Of a stretch of DNA of 38,602 nucleotides, positions 1 through 8,330 are shown one piece after another. The stretch comes from an uncultured Eubacteriales bacterium. GTDB taxonomy: Bacteria > Bacillota > Clostridia > Christensenellales > Aristaeellaceae. The position numbers were made by a program, and so were the translations under genes. Each line of letters opens with the position of its first letter. Positions within the stretch are counted from its first letter, which is position 1. Below the pieces are notes generated by a model. That model did no database searches. It was not told the DNA's origin and was given only the letters and a program-made list of their open reading frames with translations. The stretch spans positions 1 through 38,602 of the forward strand of contig CACYCQ010000168.1 in assembly GCA_902772995.1 (NCBI GenBank), read 5' to 3'.

Positions 1-623
1 CCGCCGCAGAGGAAAAGGCTATTCCGGAGAAGTCTGATGAGGCGACGCCCGCCGAAACCGCCGCCAGGCGCGGCAGCTTCCCGGTGAAGGGCTTTGCGGA
101 TTTCACCGTAGTGGTGGAGGTGGATGACGAAGGGAAGATTCTCTCCGTTTCCGTCCCCGAGCATCAGGAGACTGCAGGCCTTGGCGCTGACCTGATCGCG
201 GATTCCGCAGTCTTTGAAGCGCTGGTTGGCAAGCCGGTTGCGCAGGCCCAGATTGACGTCAAAACCGGCGTCACCCTGACCTCCAATGCCATCAATGAAG
301 CCCTGAAAAAAGCTGCCGAGGAATTCGCCGCTCCTGCCGGCGAAGCGGCGGCTGAAACCAAAGTTTATGAAGCCACGGGATTTGCTCCCATGAAGGTGGC
401 CGTTCAGCTGGACGCGGACGGGAAGATCCTGAGCGTCGAGGTGAAGGAACACAACGAAACCGCGGGTCTTGGCGCTGACCTGATTGCGGATGCCGGTGTC
501 TTTGAGGCACTGGTCGGCAAAAATATCGGTGAGGCACAGATCGATGTGAAGACCGGCGTGACCCTGACCAGCAATGCAATCAATGATGTTCTCAGCCAGG
601 CTGCCAAGGAGGTCCAGAAATGA
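1..623 (+). CDS. rnfG: RnfG, 3' part (gene starts left of the window), with two tandem FMN_bind-type modules
   Basis: The frame of the 84..623 ORF stays open back to nt 3, so the gene is truncated by the window edge. It contains two copies of ...GKILSV.V.EH.ETAGLGADLIAD...IDVKTGVTLTSNAIN..., which is FMN_bind-like with a [ST]GxT flavinylation-type motif. Its stop overlaps the rnfE start (ATGA at 620-623) and it sits directly upstream of rnfE-rnfA-rnfB. Confidence 0.8.
   Translation, partial: AAEEKAIPEKSDEATPAETAARRGSFPVKGFADFTVVVEVDDEGKILSVSVPEHQETAGLGADLIADSAVFEALVGKPVAQAQIDVKTGVTLTSNAINEALKKAAEEFAAPAGEAAAETKVYEATGFAPMKVAVQLDADGKILSVEVKEHNETAGLGADLIADAGVFEALVGKNIGEAQIDVKTGVTLTSNAINDVLSQAAKEVQK
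90..605 (+). repeat. Intragenic tandem duplication (period 288 nt / 96 aa) of the FMN-binding module of RnfG
   Basis: Residues G3-A78 and G99-A174 of the listed ORF align without gaps. The core of about 58 aa differs at 11 positions by eye. The DNA is also clearly similar, e.g. ggccttggcgctgacctgatcgcggat versus ggtcttggcgctgacctgattgcggat. Confidence 0.85.
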
Positions 624-1216
624 AGAAATACTTCAAAATCTTCATGAACGGCATCATCGATGAAAACCCCACGTTCCGTATGGTGCTGGGCATGTGCCCG
701 ACGCTCGCCATCACCACCGCCGCGAGCAATGGTATCGGCATGGGACTTGCCGTTACCTTCGTTCTGATCTTTTCCAATCTCGTGATTTCTCTCATGCGCA
801 AAGCCATTCCAGACCAGATCCGGATTCCGGCCTTCATCGTGGTTATCGCCACCTTCGTGACCATCGTCCAGCTCATCATCAAGGCTTTCTTTCCCGCTCT
901 GGATGAATCCCTGGGCGTGTTCATTCCGCTGATTGTGGTGAACTGTATCATTTTCGGACGTGCTGAAGCTTTTGCCTTTAAAAACCCGCCCGCGGATGCC
1001 GCAGTCGACGGCCTGGGCATGGGCATCGGCTTTACGCTGGCCATCACCCTGATTTCCGCGATCCGTGAAGTCTTTGGCGTTGGGACCCTGTTCGGCGTGC
1101 AGGTGATGCCCGCCGGTTTCCCGCCCATGGGCATCCTGATCAAACCCGCCGGCGGATTCATCGTGCTGGGTCTGACCCTGGCCGCTATGAACTGCCTGCT
1201 GCCGAAGAAAGCGTAA
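620..1216 (+). CDS. rnfE: Rnf electron transport complex subunit E
   Basis: 198 aa polytopic membrane protein. N-terminus NPTFRMVLGMCPTLAITT and GVFIPLIVVNCIIFGRAEAFA are typical RnfE/NqrD-family motifs. It lies between rnfG and rnfA. Confidence 0.9.
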   Translation: MKKYFKIFMNGIIDENPTFRMVLGMCPTLAITTAASNGIGMGLAVTFVLIFSNLVISLMRKAIPDQIRIPAFIVVIATFVTIVQLIIKAFFPALDESLGVFIPLIVVNCIIFGRAEAFAFKNPPADAAVDGLGMGIGFTLAITLISAIREVFGVGTLFGVQVMPAGFPPMGILIKPAGGFIVLGLTLAAMNCLLPKKA

Positions 1217-1230
1217 GGAGGATTATCCAG

Positions 1231-1806
1231 ATGAATGCAGTTCTTACCATTCTCATCGGCTCCATCTTTGTCAACAACTTTGCCATGTCCCGCTTCTACG
1301 GCATCTGCCCCTTCCTGGGCGTGTCCAAGAAGCTGGAAACAGCCTTCGGCATGGGTATGGCGGTGACCTTTGTCATGGCCATCGCATCCCTGGTAGCCTA
1401 CCTGGTCAACCAGTACCTTCTGATTGCTTTCAATCTTGAATATCTCCAGGTCATCGCATTCATTCTGGTCATCGCTGTGCTGGTGCAGATTGTCGAAATG
1501 ATCATCCGGAAGATTTCTCCCGGCCTGTATCAGGCGCTGGGTGTCTATCTGCCGCTGATCACCACCAACTGCGCGGTGCTGGGCGTTGCCCAGCTGAACG
1601 TGACCGAGGGCTACAACCTGGTGCTCTCCGTCCTCAATGGCGTGGCCTCCGCACTGGGCTATACCCTGGCTATCTGTCTGTTCGCCGGAATCCGTGAACG
1701 GCTCTCCCTTGGAAATCTTCCCAAGTGGATGGAAGGCTTCCCGGGAGCCATGATTGCCGCCGGCCTCATGGCCGTGGCCTTCAACGGATTCAGCGGACTG
1801 ATCTGA
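1231..1806 (+). CDS. rnfA: Rnf electron transport complex subunit A
   Basis: 191 aa membrane protein. FVNNFAMSRFYGICPFLGVS and GVYLPLITTNCAVLGVA are RnfA/NqrE-family motifs. An AGGAGGA RBS lies upstream. Confidence 0.9.
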   Translation: MNAVLTILIGSIFVNNFAMSRFYGICPFLGVSKKLETAFGMGMAVTFVMAIASLVAYLVNQYLLIAFNLEYLQVIAFILVIAVLVQIVEMIIRKISPGLYQALGVYLPLITTNCAVLGVAQLNVTEGYNLVLSVLNGVASALGYTLAICLFAGIRERLSLGNLPKWMEGFPGAMIAAGLMAVAFNGFSGLI

Positions 1807-1831
1807 TCATCGACGAGGGAGGATAGAAAGA

Positions 1832-2920
1832 ATGAGTGGTATACTTGCTATCGTAATTGCCGCCCTTGTCCTGAGCATCCTGGGACTGCTGTTCGGAGCC
1901 GGACTGGGTGTGGCGGACCATTTTCTGAAAGTCCCCACCAACCCGAAGGTGGCCGAACTGCGCGAGGTCCTTCCGGGTGCCAACTGCGGCGCCTGCGGAT
2001 ATCCCGGCTGTGACGGCTATGCGTCCGCCGTCGGTGAGGGAAAGGCGGAAATCGGTCTTTGCGCCGTAGGCGGCCCCGCCTGCGCTGCCAAGATGGCAGC
2101 CATCATGGGCGTGGAATCCAACGGCGCAGGCACCAAGCTGGTTGCGACCGTTGCCTGCCAGGGATACGGCGAACACTGCAGACCCAAATCCACCTATGAA
2201 GGCATTCAGGACTGCGTGGCGGCTGCACTGGTCAACAGCGGCACCAAAGCATGTCAGTATGCCTGTCTTGGTCTGGGCACCTGCGAACGCGCCTGTCCCT
2301 TTGGCGCCATCAAGGTCGATCCCGTCAAGAAGATCGCCGTGGTGGACCAGGAAAAATGTCAGAGCTGCAAAAAGTGCGTGGCGGCCTGTCCGCAGCATGT
2401 ACTGAGCATGCAGCCCATTGACCGGGTGGTCACCGTCGGCTGCCACAATCCTGAAAAAGGCATTGCGCTCAAGGAGAACTGCGACCGCGCCTGTATCGGC
2501 TGCAGCGCCTGCGAAAAGGCCTGTCAGTTTGACGCCATCCAGATGGTCAACAATGTACCCGTCATCGACTACACAAAGTGCGTGGGCTGCATGGCCTGCG
2601 CAGATGCCTGTCCCACCGGCGCCATGCAGGCTGACTTTGACAGCCGCCTGGAAGCCTACATCAACCAGGAGCTGTGTGTCGGCTGCAATATCTGCAACAA
2701 GCAGTGCAAGTTTGATGCCATCGAAGGCGGTCTCAAAGAGAAACACCGCGTGCTGGGCGCCTGCACGGGCTGCGGCCTGTGCGCCCAGAAGTGCCCGAGA
2801 AAGTGCATCACCATGCGTGAGCGCAGAGCACCCCGCAACAAGATGGACAAGGCCAAGCCCCTGGCAACTCCCGCGAAGCCCGCTCCCGCAAAGCCTGCTC
2901 CCCAGGGGGAGAAGGCCTGA
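1832..2920 (+). CDS. rnfB: Rnf subunit B, polyferredoxin form with several extra 4Fe-4S domains
   Basis: N-terminal TM helix, then the RnfB-type cluster motif CGACGYPGCDGYA, then multiple CxxCxxCxxxCP ferredoxin motifs. Low-complexity C-terminal tail KPLATPAKPAPAKPAP. GGGAGGA RBS. Confidence 0.88.
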   Translation: MSGILAIVIAALVLSILGLLFGAGLGVADHFLKVPTNPKVAELREVLPGANCGACGYPGCDGYASAVGEGKAEIGLCAVGGPACAAKMAAIMGVESNGAGTKLVATVACQGYGEHCRPKSTYEGIQDCVAAALVNSGTKACQYACLGLGTCERACPFGAIKVDPVKKIAVVDQEKCQSCKKCVAACPQHVLSMQPIDRVVTVGCHNPEKGIALKENCDRACIGCSACEKACQFDAIQMVNNVPVIDYTKCVGCMACADACPTGAMQADFDSRLEAYINQELCVGCNICNKQCKFDAIEGGLKEKHRVLGACTGCGLCAQKCPRKCITMRERRAPRNKMDKAKPLATPAKPAPAKPAPQGEKA

Positions 2921-2995
2921 AGTTCCCGGTAGAATTGGGCAACTGCCCATGAATACAAAATCGTCCTGAGGGACATGAAAAGGAGAGTACCTGCG

Positions 2996-3154
2996 ATGAA
3001 GTATGTTTGCGAACCCTGTGGCTATGTATATGACCCTGCAGAGGGTGATCCCGACAACGGCATTGCTCCCGGAACGGCTTTCGAGGATCTCCCTGATGAC
3101 TGGTGCTGCCCGGTATGCGGCGTAGGCAAAGACATGTTTGTCCCTGAAGAGTAA
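2996..3154 (+). CDS. Rubredoxin (52 aa; below the ORF-track length cutoff)
   Basis: Hand translation: [52 protein letters not shown]. It has both CxxCG knuckles and the rubredoxin core YDP..GD...[17 protein letters not shown]. An AAAGGAGAG RBS lies 8 nt upstream. Confidence 0.9.
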   Translation: MKYVCEPCGYVYDPAEGDPDNGIAPGTAFEDLPDDWCCPVCGVGKDMFVPEE

Positions 3155-3167
3155 TCCCTGCTAAAAT

Positions 3168-3203
3168 AGGCGGCCCGAGCAATCGGACCGCCTTCCTCTG
3201 TTT
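3168..3203 (+). terminator. Hairpin with GCAA tetraloop followed by a U-rich tract, downstream of rubredoxin
   Basis: AGGCGG-c-CCGA GCAA TCGG-a-CCGCCT (6 + 4 bp with one mismatch), then tcctctgtttc. There is little room for a promoter before the next gene, so this may be a partial terminator or a processing site. Confidence 0.35.
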
Positions 3204-3241
3204 CATGAACGGTTGCCGCCGCATGAGAAAGGAGAGTTGCC

Positions 3242-4474
3242 ATGCCACTGCATATCGTCACAGAAGCCAATCGCTGTCTTCAGTGTAAAAAGCCCCTTTG
3301 TCAGACGGGATGCCCCGTACATACCCCCATTCCGCAGGTGGTGGGCCTTTTCAAGGAAAACCGACTGATGGAAGCCGGCAAGCTACTCTTTGAAAACAAC
3401 CCCATGTCCCTGGTGTGCTCCGCAGTCTGCGATCATGCCCGACAGTGTGCGGGTCACTGTATCCGGGGCAGAAAGGACAGCCCCGTCCATTTTTCCAGCA
3501 TTGAAAACTACATCTCCGACATGTATCTGGACCGAATGAGTGTGGAAATCCCTGAGAAAAAAAAGCAGAAGGTGGCCGTCATCGGCTCGGGACCTGCAGG
3601 AATGACCGTGGCCATCCAGCTGGCCATGGAAGGCTATCCCGTGACCATCTTTGAATGGCACAGCCAGATCGGCGGGATCCTGCGCTACGGAATTCCGGAA
3701 TTCCGTCTGCCCAAGACCATTCTGTCCCGTTACCAGAAGCGGCTGGAAAGCATGGGCATCCAGATCCGGCTCAATACCACCATCGGATCGGTGCTGATGA
3801 TCGAGGACCTTCTCCGGGACGGATTTGCCACGGTGTTTATCGGAACCGGGGCTGAAAAGCCCAGAAGACTTGGCGTGCAGGGAGAAAGCTACGGAAATGT
3901 GCACTTCGCCCTCAATTACCTGGCCAATCCGCAGGCAAACCGCCTGGGCAACTCCGTGGCCGTCATCGGCGTGGGCAACGCGGCCATGGATGTGGCCCGC
4001 ACAGCCCTGCGCAACGGTGCACAGCATGTAACCATGTACGGCAGGAATGCCAGCATTACAGCCTCCTCCAATGAGGTCAGCTATGCACAGCTGGACGGTG
4101 CACAGATCGTCACCGGCATGCAGATCGTTGAAATCACCGAAAAGGGTCCCGTGTTCCAGAAAACCATTCTGGATGAAAACGGCCAGATCACGGGACTTGA
4201 AGATGAACGCATCCAGGTGGAAGCCGATTCCACCATCATCGCCATCAGCCAGGTTCCCAGGCGGAAGCTGGTGCGGACGACGGAAGGCCTCGAAATGACG
4301 GAAAACGGCCTTCTGGCTGTTGACGAGCATTACATGACCACCCGTCCCGGCGTTTTTGCGGCGGGCGACGTGGTCACGGGAGCCAAGACAGTGGTCCATG
4401 CGGTGGAAGGCGCCAAGCAGGCAGCCCGGGCCATGATGGTCTACATGAACGAGCAGCGCGAAAACAGAACCTGA
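3242..4474 (+). CDS. GltD/NfnB-family NAD(P)H-dependent Fe-S flavoprotein oxidoreductase (glutamate synthase small-chain-like)
   Basis: N-terminal Cys motifs RCLQCKKPLCQTGCP and VCSAVCDHARQCAGHC. Dinucleotide-binding folds VAVIGSGPAGMT and VAVIGVGNAAMDVA. C-terminal GVFAAGDVVTG. No large glutamate synthase subunit or NfnA lies adjacent. Confidence 0.8.
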   Translation: MPLHIVTEANRCLQCKKPLCQTGCPVHTPIPQVVGLFKENRLMEAGKLLFENNPMSLVCSAVCDHARQCAGHCIRGRKDSPVHFSSIENYISDMYLDRMSVEIPEKKKQKVAVIGSGPAGMTVAIQLAMEGYPVTIFEWHSQIGGILRYGIPEFRLPKTILSRYQKRLESMGIQIRLNTTIGSVLMIEDLLRDGFATVFIGTGAEKPRRLGVQGESYGNVHFALNYLANPQANRLGNSVAVIGVGNAAMDVARTALRNGAQHVTMYGRNASITASSNEVSYAQLDGAQIVTGMQIVEITEKGPVFQKTILDENGQITGLEDERIQVEADSTIIAISQVPRRKLVRTTEGLEMTENGLLAVDEHYMTTRPGVFAAGDVVTGAKTVVHAVEGAKQAARAMMVYMNEQRENRT

Positions 4475-4614
4475 ATCTCCGCTTTTCCTGAAGGGATCTC
4501 CTCTAAACCGCCGAAAAGCGGGGCAGGAGGTCCCTTCTTCCTTTGTGGTGCACATCTCCGGAGACTGTGAAGAGGCAGATTGAGGAGGAATCTAAAGGTC
4601 ATGTCAAGCTTTTT

Positions 4615-4643
4615 TTGACCGAATAAGCTCGAAGGGGTATAAT
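4615..4643 (+). promoter_or_regulatory. SigA-type promoter upstream of the cysteine desulfurase gene
   Basis: TTGACC (4615-4620), 17 nt spacer, TATAAT (4638-4643). About 55 nt upstream of the ATG at 4700. Confidence 0.55.
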
Positions 4644-4699
4644 GCGCACATGCCCGTGCTCCCCGGAGGGGCATGGAACCCCTGGAAGGAGTCAATCTG

Positions 4700-5821
4700 A
4701 TGGTTTATCTGGATCATGCAGCGACCACCCCTATGAGGGCTGTGGCCCGGGAGCAGCTTCGGTGTTCCTCAGAGCAGCTGTGGGGGAACGCCAGCGCGCT
4801 GTACGGTCCCGGACGCGCAGCTCGCGCCGCGCTGGATCAGGCGCGCGCACGCGCAGCGGAACTTCTGGGGGCACAGTCCCGTGAGGTGCTGTTCACCTCT
4901 GGAGGCACGGAGTCCAACAACTGGGCCATGACTGCACCAGACCTGCGCCCGGGGGACCACATTGTCCTCTCCGCAGTGGAACACCCCTCTGTCCTTCAGA
5001 CTGCCGCAAGCCTGGCCCGTCAGGGCGTGGAAGTCACCTATCTTCCGGTAGACTCCGCCGCGCGGGTGAACCCCGGGGATGTGCAGCGTGCGCTTCGGCC
5101 GCAGACCCGGCTAGTCAGCGTGATGATGGCCAACAATGAGACGGGCACAGTGGAACCGGTGCAGGAGATCGCCGCGCTTGTCCGCCAAGCGGGCGCACTG
5201 TTTCATACCGACGCCGTGCAGGCCGCGGGGCATCTGCCCATTTCCTTTGAGACTCTGGGGGCTGACTTTCTGTCGCTCTCCGCACACAAGTTCGGCGGTC
5301 CCAAAGGGCAGGGCATGCTGCTCATCCGCAGGGGCGTCCGGGTGCTGCCCTTCCATCACGGCGGCGAGCAGGAACGGGGACTGCGCGCGGGAACCGAGGA
5401 CGTGCCAGGCATCCTGTCGATGGTCGCGGCGCTGGAGGAGGCCAACTCCCTCATGCAGCTCGAAAATGAACACATCCTCGCCCTCCGGCGCCACCTGGAG
5501 GCGGGAATTCATGTTCTGTCTCCGGAGGCCCTCATCAGTGCGGAGCACCGGGAGCGGCTCCCCGGACATGTGCATGTGATCTTTCCGGGGATTCACCCTG
5601 ACCTTCTGTTGTTGCGACTGGACATGGCGGGGATCTGTGCCAGTTCCGGCAGCGCCTGCACAGCGGGTATCCGTCAGGCTTCCCATGTCTGTGAGGCGAT
5701 GCATGCCCCGCAGGGAGCCGCTCTGCGGCTGAGCCTCGGAAAAGACAATACACAGGAGGAAATCAGCATTACCCTGGAGAAGCTCGGCGCAATCCTCCGG
5801 GACCTGAAGAAACAAGCATGA
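4700..5821 (+). CDS. nifS: Cysteine desulfurase, class V aminotransferase (NifS/IscS group I)
   Basis: MVYLDHAATTP start, PLP lysine context LSLSAHKFGGPKG, active-site loop SSGSACTAG. I prefer the ATG at 4700 (GGAAGGAG 7 nt upstream) over the track start at 4673. Confidence 0.85.
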   Translation: MVYLDHAATTPMRAVAREQLRCSSEQLWGNASALYGPGRAARAALDQARARAAELLGAQSREVLFTSGGTESNNWAMTAPDLRPGDHIVLSAVEHPSVLQTAASLARQGVEVTYLPVDSAARVNPGDVQRALRPQTRLVSVMMANNETGTVEPVQEIAALVRQAGALFHTDAVQAAGHLPISFETLGADFLSLSAHKFGGPKGQGMLLIRRGVRVLPFHHGGEQERGLRAGTEDVPGILSMVAALEEANSLMQLENEHILALRRHLEAGIHVLSPEALISAEHRERLPGHVHVIFPGIHPDLLLLRLDMAGICASSGSACTAGIRQASHVCEAMHAPQGAALRLSLGKDNTQEEISITLEKLGAILRDLKKQA

Positions 5822-7653
5822 TTAATGGAAATACCACAGGAATCCGGAAAAGCATTCTGGATGTTCTTGAATCTCTGTATGACCTGGACCTGACCGGCGA
5901 GATGTTTGCTCCTGCAGAGCTGCTTGAGGTGCTCGCGCAGATCACCTGTGCCATCGGCCGGGAGATTAGCGTATACCTGTCCCGCAGCGGTGCCGTGCTG
6001 GATATCAGCATTGGGGACGGCGCAACGGTGGAGCTTCGAAGCATCCGTCTGCGGCGCAATGACCGCAGGCTCTCCAAGGTCCGCTGCATTCATACCCATC
6101 CTGGCGGGAATCCCGAGCTTTCGGATGTGGATATCAGCTCGCTGCGCACCATGCGCTTTGACGCCATGGCTGCGGTCGGCGCGCAGGAGGGAAGGGCCAC
6201 GGGGATTCAGGCCGCCTTCCTGGGCGCTGAGGTCCGGGGCATGCTGTCCGTGGAGAGGACGCCCATCCTCCCGGTCAAAAGGATCCCGCAGTTGGACTGG
6301 ATGCACCGCATTGAGGAGGCGGATGCGCAGGTTGCCAACGGCTCCAAAGGCTGTGAAGTCCGGGAGGAGGCCGAGCGTGTTGTCCTTCTGGGGCTGGGCA
6401 ATGAGCACAGCATGCAGGAACTGAAGGCGCTGGCAGAGGCTGCGGGCGCGCGGGTGGTGGGCAGTATGGTTCAAAGCCGCGCCAAACCGGAACCGGGTAC
6501 CTACATCGGGTCCGGCAAGGCGGAAGAACTGTCTTTGCTGTGCCAGGCCGCCGAGGCGGACACCCTGATCACGGATGATGAACTGACGGGAGTACAGGTA
6601 CGCAACCTTGAAAACTTCATGCGGGGGGTCAAGGTCATCGACCGCACGGAGCTGATCCTCGACATCTTTGCACAGCGGGCAAAGACCAGGGAGGGCAAGC
6701 TGCAGGTGGAGATGGCCCAGATGGCTTACCAGCTTCCGCGGCTGACGGGAAAGGGTCAGTCCATGTCCCGCCTGGGTGGCGGCATCGGCACCCGTGGACC
6801 CGGAGAGAGCCAGCTGGAAATGGACCGGCGTCGCATCCGCCGGCGGATCACCGAACTCAGGCGGGAGATTGCCTCCCTGGAAAGCCAGCGGGAACTTCGG
6901 CGAAGCAAAAGAGAAAAGAAGGGCATCCCCGTGGTCGCGCTGGTGGGATACACCAACGCAGGCAAAACCACGTTGCTCAATACGCTCAGCGGAGCAGACG
7001 CCTTTGCCGAGAACATGCTGTTTGCGACCCTTGACCCGTTGATGAGGACCGTCAGGACCTCCTCCGGCTGCGAGTTTATCCTGTCGGACACAGTGGGCTT
7101 TGTCAGCAAGCTTCCCCATGATCTGGTGGATGCCTTCAAATCCACACTGGAGGAAGTGATCAGCGCGGACGTGCTCGTGCTGGTGCAGGACGGGACCAGT
7201 CCCGTGATGCAGCAGGAAAAACAGGTGGTGCTGGATGTTCTCCAATCCCTGGGAGTGGTGGACAAGCCCCGCATCGACGTTGTCAACAAGGCGGATCTTC
7301 CTTTGATCAACTGCGGCAGCGGGGAACTGCTGATCAGCGCGCGGACCGGGGAGGGGACAGATGCGCTCATGAAACGCATCGAGCAGGAGATTTCAAGAGA
7401 TTCACTCCTTGTACAACTGGTCATTCCCTATGACCGGGGAGAACTGGTGAACCGTCTCCACCTTCAGGCCGGCGTACTGGAGGAAGCCTATGAGGCAGAC
7501 GGCGTGCACATGCTGGTCCGCACCCAAAGAAAACAAATGGATATGATGGGTATAGGGGCCTTTGAGGTGAATATTCCCATCCGCACGGCACAGCAGTCTG
7601 ATGGTGGGATGCCTGACCCCTCCGATCAGCAGAAAGGAGATTCAGACAGATGA
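5818..7653 (+). CDS. hflX: GTPase HflX with a ~190 aa N-terminal extension carrying a JAMM/MPN motif
   Basis: HflX N-domain AQRAKTREGKLQVEMAQMAYQLPRL. G1 GYTNAGKTTLLN, G3 DTVGF, G4 NKAD. The extension contains HTHPGGNPELSDVD. Its start overlaps the nifS stop (ATGA). Confidence 0.9.
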   Translation: MINGNTTGIRKSILDVLESLYDLDLTGEMFAPAELLEVLAQITCAIGREISVYLSRSGAVLDISIGDGATVELRSIRLRRNDRRLSKVRCIHTHPGGNPELSDVDISSLRTMRFDAMAAVGAQEGRATGIQAAFLGAEVRGMLSVERTPILPVKRIPQLDWMHRIEEADAQVANGSKGCEVREEAERVVLLGLGNEHSMQELKALAEAAGARVVGSMVQSRAKPEPGTYIGSGKAEELSLLCQAAEADTLITDDELTGVQVRNLENFMRGVKVIDRTELILDIFAQRAKTREGKLQVEMAQMAYQLPRLTGKGQSMSRLGGGIGTRGPGESQLEMDRRRIRRRITELRREIASLESQRELRRSKREKKGIPVVALVGYTNAGKTTLLNTLSGADAFAENMLFATLDPLMRTVRTSSGCEFILSDTVGFVSKLPHDLVDAFKSTLEEVISADVLVLVQDGTSPVMQQEKQVVLDVLQSLGVVDKPRIDVVNKADLPLINCGSGELLISARTGEGTDALMKRIEQEISRDSLLVQLVIPYDRGELVNRLHLQAGVLEEAYEADGVHMLVRTQRKQMDMMGIGAFEVNIPIRTAQQSDGGMPDPSDQQKGDSDR

Positions 7654-8330
7654 TAGTGACCCACGCCCTGGCGGCTGTGGCTGCCGGAGCGGTACTGACA
7701 TTCCAGTCCTGGGGATACATGGTTCCGCACAAGAATCCCCTGGATTCCCTGGTACTGATCAACAAGGTATACCGCGCGCCCAATGCCCCCATCGCATTAA
7801 GGCTTCCCGATGTGGAGCCGGTGGAAGAGACCATCCGGGGGAATACCTATATGGTTCCGAAGGCAGCGCAAGCCCTGGAGGAGATGTTTGCAGAAGCTGC
7901 AAGCCAGGGGATTCATTTCTATACCCGCAGCGGGTACAGGAGCTATCAGACGCAGAAGACGATCTACGAGCGCAAGGACCGCGAAGGACGGTATTCCAGC
8001 GTGGCCAAAGCCGGCTATTCAGAACATCAGAGCGGCTATGCCATGGATGTGGAAGGACAGTCCACTCTGGGGAAAGGTCTTGTGGAGGCCATCGGTTCTT
8101 CTCCTGAAGGCATCTGGCTGGCGGAACACTGCCATGAATTCGGGTTCATCCTGCGATATCCCAAGGACAAGCAATCCATTACCGGGTATATTTATGAACC
8201 CTGGCACATTCGCTACGTGGGCAGGGAGGACGCGGCCCGAATCCATGAGCAGGATGTCACCCTGGAGGAGTACCTCACCAAACTGCGCAGAGACCGCATC
8301 GCATCTCTGGAGGTGGATAAAGAGCAATGA
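7650..8330 (+). CDS. M15B (VanY-like) D-alanyl-D-alanine carboxypeptidase, membrane anchored
   Basis: Motifs SGYRSYQTQ, SEHQSGYAMDV and EPWHIRYVG. Hydrophobic N-terminal segment. Start overlaps the hflX stop (ATGA). Confidence 0.8.
   Translation: MIVTHALAAVAAGAVLTFQSWGYMVPHKNPLDSLVLINKVYRAPNAPIALRLPDVEPVEETIRGNTYMVPKAAQALEEMFAEAASQGIHFYTRSGYRSYQTQKTIYERKDREGRYSSVAKAGYSEHQSGYAMDVEGQSTLGKGLVEAIGSSPEGIWLAEHCHEFGFILRYPKDKQSITGYIYEPWHIRYVGREDAARIHEQDVTLEEYLTKLRRDRIASLEVDKEQ

Noticed and set aside
1790-2950. 386 aa minus-strand ORF antisense to rnfB
   Set aside because: It is a shadow ORF typical of GC-rich coding DNA. The product is Gly/Ala/Leu-rich with no motifs and no RBS, and the opposite strand encodes an unmistakable RnfB.
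3383-4555. 390 aa minus-strand ORF antisense to the GltD-like gene
   Set aside because: It lies wholly inside a confidently identified + strand gene and has no recognisable motif. It is a high-GC antisense open frame.
4553-4562. Palindrome TCTCCGGAGA upstream of the nifS promoter as an operator
   Set aside because: It is a single short palindrome about 50 nt upstream of the -35, with no second copy in the window. That is insufficient to call a binding site.
5674-7245. 523 aa minus-strand ORF antisense to nifS/hflX (plus several nested 60-220 aa ORFs in 5.1-7.8 kb)
   Set aside because: The + strand frames carry clear PLP and GTPase motifs. The antisense product is low-complexity (Arg/Gly/Pro/His-rich) and spans a gene boundary.
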